Made by a program: the position numbers and the translations under genes. Under the pieces are notes generated by a model, which saw only the letters and a program-made list of their open reading frames with translations, was not told the DNA's origin and did no database searches. 64,000 nucleotides of DNA, taken from contig CAVTET010000004.1 in NCBI GenBank assembly GCA_963733675.1, positions 736,001-800,000 on the forward strand, written 5' to 3'. Below are positions 1 to 9,007 of the stretch, in pieces (position 1 is the stretch's first letter; each line of letters begins with the position of its first letter). The stretch comes from an uncultured Methanosarcinaceae archaeon. Its GTDB lineage: Archaea; Halobacteriota; Methanosarcinia; Methanosarcinales; Methanosarcinaceae.

Positions 1-161
1 TTTTCGATATCATCCAAGATTTTTCTTACTTTGTTTACACCTTCCTTAATAGAGTGTTCTTCTTCCGGACTAGTTACATTTGGAAGTGACTGTCGAAAAA
101 TCTCGCGAACATCTTCAAGGGCAAAAAGAGCCTCAAACGTCTTTTGAATTCTTATATCCAT
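1..161 (-). CDS. Small hypothetical protein, 5' part only (runs off the window edge)
   Basis: ATG at 161 preceded by a GAGGT RBS; open frame MDIRIQKTFEALFALEDVREIFRQSLPN... to the edge. Confidence 0.6.
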   Translation of the reverse strand, partial: MDIRIQKTFEALFALEDVREIFRQSLPNVTSPEEEHSIKEGVNKVRKILDDIE

Positions 162-473
162 GAAATTACCTCAAAGCTTAGACACTGAATAGAACCGAAA
201 TGAAATGGGTATGCAGTTCATTGAGTAGTTTTCCGCTATCTAAACATTCATTCCTCACATTCAGTATAATTTTGAGTCATTTATTTGTACACCTCTATTA
301 TATGCAAAATACACAATTTTAGTATCTATTTGCCGATTTGTTCAATGTATATCAATGAAATTGACGTTAGTTTTTGGCTATTGCCATATTGAGAAAAGGC
401 TAGCATTTTGTGTACTTTTACAAGAAGTGAGTTTGCTTAGTAATTTTGTACTAATTATCTATGACTGTGCCTT

Positions 474-590
474 CATATCCGTGAATTAGATCACCATACT
501 CAGTGATTTAAGTCCATACCAAGTGAATGGAGTCATATAAGTGATTGAAATCATATGTTAATTGGTAACACATAATTCACATTAGTGATT
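474..590. repeat. Degenerate ~18-21 bp tandem repeats (CATA-N3/4-GTGAWT)
   Basis: CATA at 474, 495, 515, 534, 552, 571; GTGA at 481, 503, 523, 541. Confidence 0.5.
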
Positions 591-861
591 ATAGGATTTC
601 TATTGAAGCGTACTTATATTTGAATCTTCTTTTTAGAGCATATATCATCTCAAAGATTTTTTATATTCCTAAAAAAATTTTCAAGCCCTAAAATGGATAT
701 TCTGTCCATTGGGTAGTATCTCTGCCATCTCGTAAATAATTTATTCATAATTGTTAACAGAGACTACATTATGATGTTGCTAATATCATTAATCTATTGT
801 ATAAGAAAAGGGAGTCTCAAATCCATATAATTTGATATTTATTAGTTCAAATAAATACTAA

Positions 862-1270
862 GGATTCCAATTTACCTTCAATTTGTTCTTCGCGGGAATC
901 CTGTCCAAATCTTTCTACTAATTTTTGTATTTGACCCAATATTTTCTTTTCGGAGTCATTATTCTTTTTTTAAAGATACCTTCTGCTACCTTCAAAATAC
1001 TTCTTTTATTTTCAATTTTTTCAACTGATAGAGATTATAACAAAAATCTATACACAACATCTTCATATTAACTCCATTAACAACAGTGACAAGAATCTTT
1101 CCTGCTTTGAATATCTTTTTAGTTACTGCATAAACTCATTTCCATGGAACTCTTTTTATGCAATCCTCTTGTTTCTTAATATATCCCTTATTTCCAGGGA
1201 TTCTTTTATTGCTCTTTTCATTGTTGCATTATAACCTTTTGATTTTGCGCCCGCAGTGCGTAAGTCCTAA
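862..1270 (-). mobile_element. IS5-family transposase 3' remnant with element end
   Basis: Homologous to 21411-22270, 28135-28280 and 36124-36815; end GGATTCCAATTTACC; the minus strand encodes broken KGYNATMKR..VFKAGKILVTV motifs; abuts a TGCGTAAGTCCTA end of another IS at ~1257-1269. Confidence 0.7.
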
Positions 1271-1274
1271 TAAT

Positions 1275-1484
1275 GTAGAACCTAACCATCCAAAAGCAAG
1301 GAAGCAAATGTTTTTTGTGACAAAATCTATGCAGAAGTGAAATCAAAAAATCGTTTTTTGTAGTGAAAGAAAAGGATGTTGAATAATTATTTTTGCAGAA
1401 CTTTCAATACATTACTATTTAAATAGAATCGATAGCAAAGAAATTTATTGAATTGTACTATGTTTTCTTATACCTTTTTTGCAT
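1275..1484. mobile_element. Dispersed MITE-like repeat (family whose other copies have an IS6-type end)
   Basis: GAAAGAAAAGGATG..CAGAACTTTCAATACATTACTATT block shared with 18520-18755 and 51985-52365. Confidence 0.6.
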
Positions 1485-1886
1485 TTACTGTGCGTTAATC
1501 GGTCAAATATCCTGAATTCCTACAAGGTATGGAACAATAAACTTCCAAACATATAGACAAAAATTGAGACATTTGTGAATCAAATTACTGTGCGTTAATC
1601 GGTCAAATATCCTGAATTCCTACAAGGTATGGAACAATAAACTTCCAAACATATAGACAAAAATTGAGACATTTGTGAATCAAATTACTGTGCGTTAATC
1701 GGTCAAATATCCTGAATTCCTACAAGGTATGGAACAATAAACTTCCAAACATATAGACAAAAATTGAGACATTTGTGAATCAAATTACTGTGCGTTAATC
1801 GGTCAAATATCCTGAATTCCTACAAGGTATGGAACAATAAACTTCCAAACATATAGACAAAAATTGAGACATTTGTGAATCAAATT
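1485..1886. repeat. Perfect tandem array, 4 x 100 bp
   Basis: Unit TTACTGTGCGTTAATCGGTC...GTGAATCAAA starts at 1485, 1585, 1685 and 1785 with no differences seen. Confidence 0.95.
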
Positions 1887-2239
1887 TAAAAATAGCTAAC
1901 TACCTCACTTTCTGCATATGTATACAAAAATGCCATGGATTTTCTCAATATTGAATAGCTTGTACAAATATAATAAAACTTCACATTTAATTTAGTGCTA
2001 CATAGATCATAATGAATTTTACCATTGATATAGCTATTGATTTGTTTTTTTATTAACAAAGAAATTAGTTCAATGAAATTAAGATTTATTATTTTAAATG
2101 AGTAGAGTAAAAAGCTGTACAGACGAGATTTACTCAATCTGAAAACAATTAATAAGGAGTAAAACACTCGGTACTACAACTACAGGGAATACAATGAAAA
2201 GAAGTGCTAGTGGATGGAACCATAATAATTGTTTCAGAG

Positions 2240-4333
2240 ATGAAAATGAATGACTTGGATAAACGTAAAAACAAACCGTTTGTATTGCATTTACTCAGTC
2301 TACTTAGTTTTTTGCTACTGATACATTTAGGATATGAATACAAAAGTAGCAAGACAAATTAAATAATTCAGGAAGATACAAAGAAAGATGTACTCCAAAA
2401 AGCCGAGTCTGTCATAAAAAATATCAATGTTGGACTTAATTTTACTAGCACCCTTGCTGATGGAGTTGCAAAGGATCTGAGTTCCAGAAAACTGAAAAAC
2501 GATTCAATGCTCAAGGAACGTCTTCTGGTTGAAATTAAAAACAATCCTAACATTTTTAGCATTGTCGTTGCATATTTCCCGGCTGCAAATGCCGGGGAGC
2601 TTTATGCACCTCATTTCAAGAGAAACGGTTCAGAAGTCGTATATGCTCAGCTCACGTATAATTATACGAAGGATAGGGAACAAACCGAATGGTACAATGC
2701 TGTCCTGAAAAAAGGATCCAAAGCATGGATTTCGCCTTATTTTGGTATTGCAGACCGCAATTATCAGATAGATTGTTCGGCTCCTTTTTATCTTACAGAA
2801 TTTGGGAACTGGGATAAAGCTGCAGGAGTGATAAGTGTAAGTCACTCTCTTGGAGGAATAAGAGCATATCTAAATAGCCTCAGCATAGGAAATACTGGTT
2901 ATGGTTTCATGATCTTTGGGAAAGGGAAAATTATTTCTTATCCCGTCAAAGAGTATCTTAATGGAAATATTCACGAGCTTGCAAAAAAAGATCCCAATCT
3001 TTACTTCATAAATGAGAACATAACAAAACAAGACTACTTGGCAACAAATTCCTTTACAGGGAAATCCTACTGGGTATTTCAAAAAAATATTCCTTCTACA
3101 TACTGGACTCTAGGATTTGTCCTTCCTCAGGAAGAAACTCTGCTGAACAAAAAAATAGAGCAAATACACTCAATTATTTTTATAGTGTTCGCAACGTTTT
3201 CTTTTTTATGTTCTCTGTGCCTGCTTTTTGCATCCATTTACAGATATGACCATAAAGGCTCTGGATGCTCGCGGTTATTTTTTCATTACTTTGTGTCCTG
3301 GAAATGGGCTTCATGTGGTACCTTACTATGAATAATTCCGCTCTTGATAGAAGGAATGTAGACCTTGTTGTTTTCGACAGGGAAGATGTTGAAACGGTAT
3401 TGCAACATGTCAATACGAGCCCAACAACTCCCAGAATTCCTACATGATTTTTTTCTCCAGTCTATGGAGTTCTTGAATGCCAATGATGTCTTATAACCGG
3501 ATATATTTGACAAAATATTTCAGGCCTAGAGAGTTGGAAGGAGCTCCCTGACTTTAGTTTTCCGGATTCAAAAGAAACTACAATTGAAAAGGTCTATGTG
3601 AATAAGAACACAGGTTTGAATAGGCTGGCGTTTTAAGACTACTCTGCACCAGCAGTTTGATTATTCAAAATACCCACTTGACAGAGAAGATGTATGGATA
3701 AGGGTATTGAGCAACAACTCTGCAGAAAACATCTTAGTTCCGGACTTTAATTCTTATAGTAGCTTGATTCCAGAAAGCCTTCCAGGTTTACGAAGCCCTT
3801 TCGTGTTTGGTGGCTGGAGTCCACAAAAAACATTTTTCAGTTACAGGGTTAATTCTAATAATACCAACATTGGATTAGGGAAATTTGCAAATTCCATTGC
3901 ACACGAATTTCACTTCAACATCGATATCAAAAGAAGTAGTAAATTCCCCTTTAACCCCGATCTTCTACCCGTAACAGTAGTAATCATTCTTCTGTTTGCA
4001 ATCCTTACAATAATTACCAAGGGGGAAAATAAAACTCATTTCGGATTCAGTTCTCATGGAGCCCTGGGCTACTGTACCTCAATTCTTTTTACTCTTATCC
4101 TTGCCCACTCTTCTCTCAGAGCTAGAATTTCCATAAGTGAGATTATTTACCTTGAGTATTTCTACTTTGTAATGTACCTAGCAATTTTGGTTGTTGCCTT
4201 GAATTCAATATTTTTTGCGTCAGATTGGCGTATCCCCTTTATTGAGACAAAAGACAACATATACATGAAGGTACTTTACTGGCCTGTTATTACTGGAAGT
4301 CTGTTGTTAATTACATCCTTGAATTTTTATTGA
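2240..4333 (+). pseudogene. Cache-domain pentameric ligand-gated ion channel (Pro-loop/pLGIC) homolog, disrupted
   Basis: N-terminal TM, Cache-like region (EWY..WISPYF..YGFMIFGKGKIISYP), QQFDYSKYPLDREDVWIR Pro-loop at ~3650-3705, four C-terminal TM helices; in-frame TAA ~2360, TGA 3445 and frameshifts. Confidence 0.75.
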
Positions 4334-4440
4334 TGGGTATTTGACATCTTAACTTTCTTCATTTAATACAGAAATACACTTTAAACTAGCGTATTCAATA
4401 GTTAACTTTCCTGCATATATTCTTTAATTAATCTAATAAT

Positions 4441-4600
4441 CCTATGCACAGCTTTTTTGTATCAAAATCTCTTAATTTCCTAAGTTACACATGAAATAAG
4501 AAAAAATTAAAGATACGTTACTTATGGAGCTTATGGGACTTATAGAGCATCTGGAGCTCATGAAAAATTTGAAACTAACTAAAATGAAGTACAATAATAA
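4441..4600 (+). repeat. Dispersed ~170-bp element with 9-bp periodic core, copy A
   Basis: Aligns by eye with 5256-5430 and the reverse complement of 42658-42833. Confidence 0.7.
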
Positions 4601-4694
4601 ATAATAACCAAGATAAATTTTATTTTTATTTATTGAAGGAAATAATTATGTACCCATGTGAAAAAACAACTATGGAATATGGAGAAACAAGTTA

Positions 4695-5246
4695 ATGTCT
4701 TCGATACTTAATGTCCTCTTAGCGCTTGGAATTGCGATGGATGCATTTGCAGTTTCTATATCATGTGGTAATAAAATGCATCCCATTCGACGAAAAGGTG
4801 CTCTAAAGCTTGCTTACTTTTTTGGGGGATGTGAAGCTATTATGCTAATAATCGGATGGTTGGGCGGAAACACAATAAGCGAGTTTGTTTCAGGATATGC
4901 CACTTGGTTTGCCTTTTTTATTTTGTGTTTTATCGGCGGCAAAATGATTTATGAAACTTTTTATGGAGACGGGGACAGAAAAATAGATCCTTTTAGTTAT
5001 CCGGTGCTTCTTGCACTTGCAGTTGCAATAAGTATAGATTCCCTTTTTGTGGGAATGAGCTTTGCATTTCTCAAGATACCTATTCTTGAGCCTGCGATTA
5101 TTATAGGCTGCACAACCTTTTTTATGTCTTTTTGCGGTGTAATATTAGGGTCTAAAGTCGGTCATTTATTCAAGCAAGAAGTCGACTTTATTGGTGGTTT
5201 GATCATGATTTGTATTGGAATTAGCTTGTTGATATTTAAAAATTGA
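4695..5246 (+). CDS. mntP: Manganese efflux pump MntP family protein
   Basis: LGIAMDAFAVS and LAVAISIDSL motifs; about six TM helices. Confidence 0.9.
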   Translation: MSSILNVLLALGIAMDAFAVSISCGNKMHPIRRKGALKLAYFFGGCEAIMLIIGWLGGNTISEFVSGYATWFAFFILCFIGGKMIYETFYGDGDRKIDPFSYPVLLALAVAISIDSLFVGMSFAFLKIPILEPAIIIGCTTFFMSFCGVILGSKVGHLFKQEVDFIGGLIMICIGISLLIFKN

Positions 5247-5255
5247 TTCAAATAT

Positions 5256-5430
5256 CTCATGCACAGTTTTTGTAATAAAATCTATGAATTTCCTAAATGC
5301 CATCAGTAATAAGAAAACATTATTGATCTCCGACTCATGGAACTTCTGGAACTCATAGAGCATCTGGAGCTCATGGAACATCTGGAACTAATTAAACTAA
5401 AGCACAATCATAAATAAAAAAAATCAGAAA
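5256..5430 (+). repeat. Dispersed ~170-bp element with 9-bp periodic core, copy B
   Basis: ACTCATGGA ACTTCTGGA ACTCATAGA GCATCTGGA GCTCATGGA ACATCTGGA ACTAATTAA. Confidence 0.75.
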
Positions 5431-6038
5431 ATGAAATAATGATATAGTACTCTAAACAAAACTAAAAACATGAATAAACAGAATCAAAACTCAATTTTTC
5501 GATACCAGAGTCTTACTTAACAAATTTCTAATAAATTTCCTCACCTTTTCTTACTTTCAGTAGAAAAGAACTTCTTAATCTATTTCCTCACACTGTTTAC
5601 GTTTTTAGATATGGATATCAGTGGAACAGCAATCTTTCATCGGCAGGCAGCTGTCATACTCCGTGGAATATAACATTTTATTGTATTTACTGGCCATGTA
5701 ATCGATAGAAACTTGTATATTCCTATAAAATTTGAGATAAACTGGTAACGTAAACGATGCAAACGTTATATAATATACACAACTTAAGACTTTTTTAAAC
5801 TTGCATGTTTTATTAAGCTTATTGAATACTTATTTATAATCAAAATAATTAACGCAAATAGGGAATATAAAGGCAATATCATTTAGTCATCAAGATGCAC
5901 ACTTAAAATAGTGATCAATAATACTAAAGTTGATTTGCTAATAAAATAAAACCCTGCCAAAAGTGACATTATTCATTTTATGTAACCACAAACAATTCAC
6001 ATTCATAACCATACTTTAAAAAGTGGAGTATTTAATCA

Positions 6039-6551
6039 ATGTCTTTTCTATCCAATTTCCTTTTAGCGTTAGGAGTTTCAATGGATTCTTTTGCAGTATC
6101 CATGTCTAGAAGTACCATAATAAGATCTTTTAGGGTTAATGTTGCTCTCAAATTTGCTGTTTTTTTCGGGGTATTTCAGACTTTAATGCTGGTATTAGGC
6201 TGGCTTGGTGGATACACAATAAAAAACTATGTTTCTGCTTATGGTCAATGGATTGCTTGTGGTCTTCTGGTTTTTATTGAAATTAAGATGATATATGAAG
6301 CTTTTTATAGAAAACCGGAAGGAAAAATAGGTTCTCTTAATTATTCGGTACTTCTTATGCTGGCATTTGCAACAAGTATAGATGCCTTTTTTGTAGGAAT
6401 AAGTTTTACATTTCTCAAAATACCTATTCTTGAACCTGCGCTCATTGTAAGTTGTGTGACGTTTATTATGGTTTTTTGTGGAGCGATTATAGGATATAGG
6501 CTAGGTCACTTCTTTGGAAATGAAGCAAAAATTCTGGGCGGCCCCTTATAG
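6039..6551 (+). CDS. mntP: Second MntP paralog, last TM helix lost by frameshift (possible pseudogene)
   Basis: SMDSFAVS and ATSIDAF motifs; ends GGPL*, while another frame continues LIGLGIDSLILSN*. Confidence 0.8.
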   Translation: MSFLSNFLLALGVSMDSFAVSMSRSTIIRSFRVNVALKFAVFFGVFQTLMLVLGWLGGYTIKNYVSAYGQWIACGLLVFIEIKMIYEAFYRKPEGKIGSLNYSVLLMLAFATSIDAFFVGISFTFLKIPILEPALIVSCVTFIMVFCGAIIGYRLGHFFGNEAKILGGPL

Positions 6552-7122
6552 GACTTGGAATCGATTCACTGATATTGAGTAATTGATTAAAACAATAATC
6601 AATCAGAAGATAATGAGTGTTTGAACTTTAATGAACCCCATAAGCCAGTGGCTATGCTGACAAAGTTATGTTTCTATCGTTTCATTGATGCATATTTTTT
6701 AAAGTAAAAACTAAATCAGGAAACGTGAAAAAGGAGTATAAAAAGAAAAAAGTAATGAATGTTGTATTTAAACAACCTTAGCAGAAAAGTCTGCTTTTAC
6801 GATCGGTTCAGCTGTCTTTTCTTCGTTAACGTTATCCACTTTAGGTAATACTTTCGATATAGATTGATTGTAACCAATAAGTATTAATTTATTTTTTAAT
6901 TTAGTTATAGAGTATAACTACTAGATTTAAAAATAAGGTCACAAATATTTGGAAGTTTTAATTGTGCCTATGCGTCTGTATAACTTCTACAGACTGAAGT
7001 AAAATCCCGAAATAATGATGAGATATTTCTGACTCCTAGAGAAATAATGGTTTTCTGCCTAAATAAGTAAAATATGGAGAATCAAATCGTAAATACACTT
7101 CGTTGTTTTAAAATTTGTGGTG

Positions 7123-7199
7123 AGTTGGCTATATATACCAACAATATTCTATCAAATATATAAAAAGATATTTTCCAACGTATTGGTATTTAGCCAACT
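7123..7199. mobile_element. Short MITE-like element or hairpin
   Basis: Imperfect inverted repeats AGTTGGCTATATATACCAA / TTGGTATTTAGCCAACT. Confidence 0.45.
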
Positions 7200-7511
7200 T
7201 ATGCTGTGCTTTAGCTAAATTTTGATATTTTTGATCAGAAATGAATCGATAAGATTTTAAAAACTAAATCCTGAAGAGCAGGAGATATCTTCCTAGTATA
7301 TTAATGCCTATTTTAGTTTAACACCAATAATTGTACATGGAGATTTCATATACATAAATGGGGTAATAATATAATCTAAAAGGATATAATAACCATAATA
7401 AATCCAAGAGAATAAACTCAAAATTAAAAAACCAAAAATAAAAATATAAACGGCAGCCGATTCAAAAATACTACAATATTTCAGTTTTTTCGGTTTCCCC
7501 ATTAAGGTGAT

Positions 7512-8795
7512 ATTATCGTTCCCATAATTCAGGTCGCACTTGATCTCCTGGAATTGGACCGCGCGATAGAGATTGCAAGAGATGCTGTCGTAGGTGGTGT
7601 GGATTGGATCGAAATAGGAACTCCCCTAATAAAAAGCGAGGGCATGGATGCAATCCGCAAAATGAGAAAAGCTTTTCCTGAACGGACGATCCTGGCTGAT
7701 ATGAAAACCATAGATGCAGGAGCCATTGAAGTCGAGATGGCAGCAAAAGCAGGGGCAGATGTAGTTATTGTACTAGGAAGTGCAGATGACTCTACAGTAC
7801 TCGATGCACTACGTTCAGCCCACAAATACGGGGTCAAATTGATGGCAGACCTTATTTCGACCCTTGACCCTGTGAAAAGGGCATTGGAACTTGAAGCTAT
7901 GGGAATAGACTATGTGAACGTGCACATAGGTATAGACCAACAGATGATAGGAAAAAATCCTGTGTCGATCCTCAAGAAAATTTCAGAAAAAATTAACGTA
8001 CCGCTTGCAGTTGCTGGAGGGCTCGATGCAGAAAGTGCTGCTCAGGCAGTCAAGACAGGGGCCAGCATTGTAATTGTCGGAGGAAATATCACTCATTCTG
8101 AAAACGTGACAGAAGCTGCCAGAAAAATTCGGCAGACAGTGAACTCGCCTGAAGCTGTGGATATTCGGGGTACAAGAACAGTAGATCAGGAAATCAGGAA
8201 AATCCTTCGAGAAGTATCAACCTCAAATATTTCAGATGCTATGCATAGAAAAGGGGCAATGAAAAACATTCATCCCGTGGTGAGAGGGAAGATGGTAGGA
8301 ACTGCAGTTACTGTTCAGGTTTTTTCTGGAGACTGGGCAAAAACTGTAGAAGCAATTGATATTGCCAAAGAAGGGGACGTAATCGTCATCTACAACGAGA
8401 GTAAAGACATCGCCTGCTGGGGAGGACTCGCAACCCTGAGCAGCCTGAATAAAGGGATCTCAGGCGTGGTAATAGAGGGTGCTGTGAGAGATATTGATGA
8501 AATAGAGGATATGAAGCTCCCGATTTACACAAGCAATACAGTACCTAATGCTGGAGATCCAAAAGGCTTTGGAGAAATCAACGCCGAAATTACCTGCGGT
8601 GGTCAGACCGTAAAACCAGGAGACTTCATAGTTGGCGATGAGAGTGGAGTTGTAGTGATCCCCAAGGAGAGAGCTTACGAACTGGCAAGAAGAGCAAAAG
8701 AAGTCAACAAAATTGAAAAGAGACTTTTTGATGAGATTCGGAGAGGAAACACTCTGTCGGTAATTCTGGAAATCAAAAAATGGGAAAAACTTTGA
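7512..8795 (+). CDS. hxlA: Bifunctional 3-hexulose-6-phosphate synthase / RraA-like domain protein (start uncertain)
   Basis: [22 protein letters not shown] and ADMKTIDAG motifs; C-terminal RraA/HMG-aldolase-like domain ([23 protein letters not shown]). Confidence 0.88.
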   Translation: MIVPIIQVALDLLELDRAIEIARDAVVGGVDWIEIGTPLIKSEGMDAIRKMRKAFPERTILADMKTIDAGAIEVEMAAKAGADVVIVLGSADDSTVLDALRSAHKYGVKLMADLISTLDPVKRALELEAMGIDYVNVHIGIDQQMIGKNPVSILKKISEKINVPLAVAGGLDAESAAQAVKTGASIVIVGGNITHSENVTEAARKIRQTVNSPEAVDIRGTRTVDQEIRKILREVSTSNISDAMHRKGAMKNIHPVVRGKMVGTAVTVQVFSGDWAKTVEAIDIAKEGDVIVIYNESKDIACWGGLATLSSLNKGISGVVIEGAVRDIDEIEDMKLPIYTSNTVPNAGDPKGFGEINAEITCGGQTVKPGDFIVGDESGVVVIPKERAYELARRAKEVNKIEKRLFDEIRRGNTLSVILEIKKWEKL

Positions 8796-9007
8796 ATCAA
8801 TATTTTCAGAAATTTAAATCAAAATTAAACAGACATTCCACAAATACAAAATTTATTTGCTTAGTTACTCAAGTAATATTCATTGAGAGTTAGATTACTT
8901 TTTAAGCTACTGTCTGAGAAAATGGATGTCATTATTGTGTACATCTGCGAAAAGTGAGTATAAAAGAAATTTAGAATAATTTTGATAAAAGGACTCTATT
9001 CACGGTC

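Noticed and set aside
1485-1886. CRISPR array
   Set aside because: Units are fully identical with no unique spacers, and no cas genes are present
7308-7502. 64-aa hydrophobic ORF divergent from hxlA
   Set aside because: Overlaps the expected hxlA promoter, is AT-rich, and has no RBS or recognisable motif
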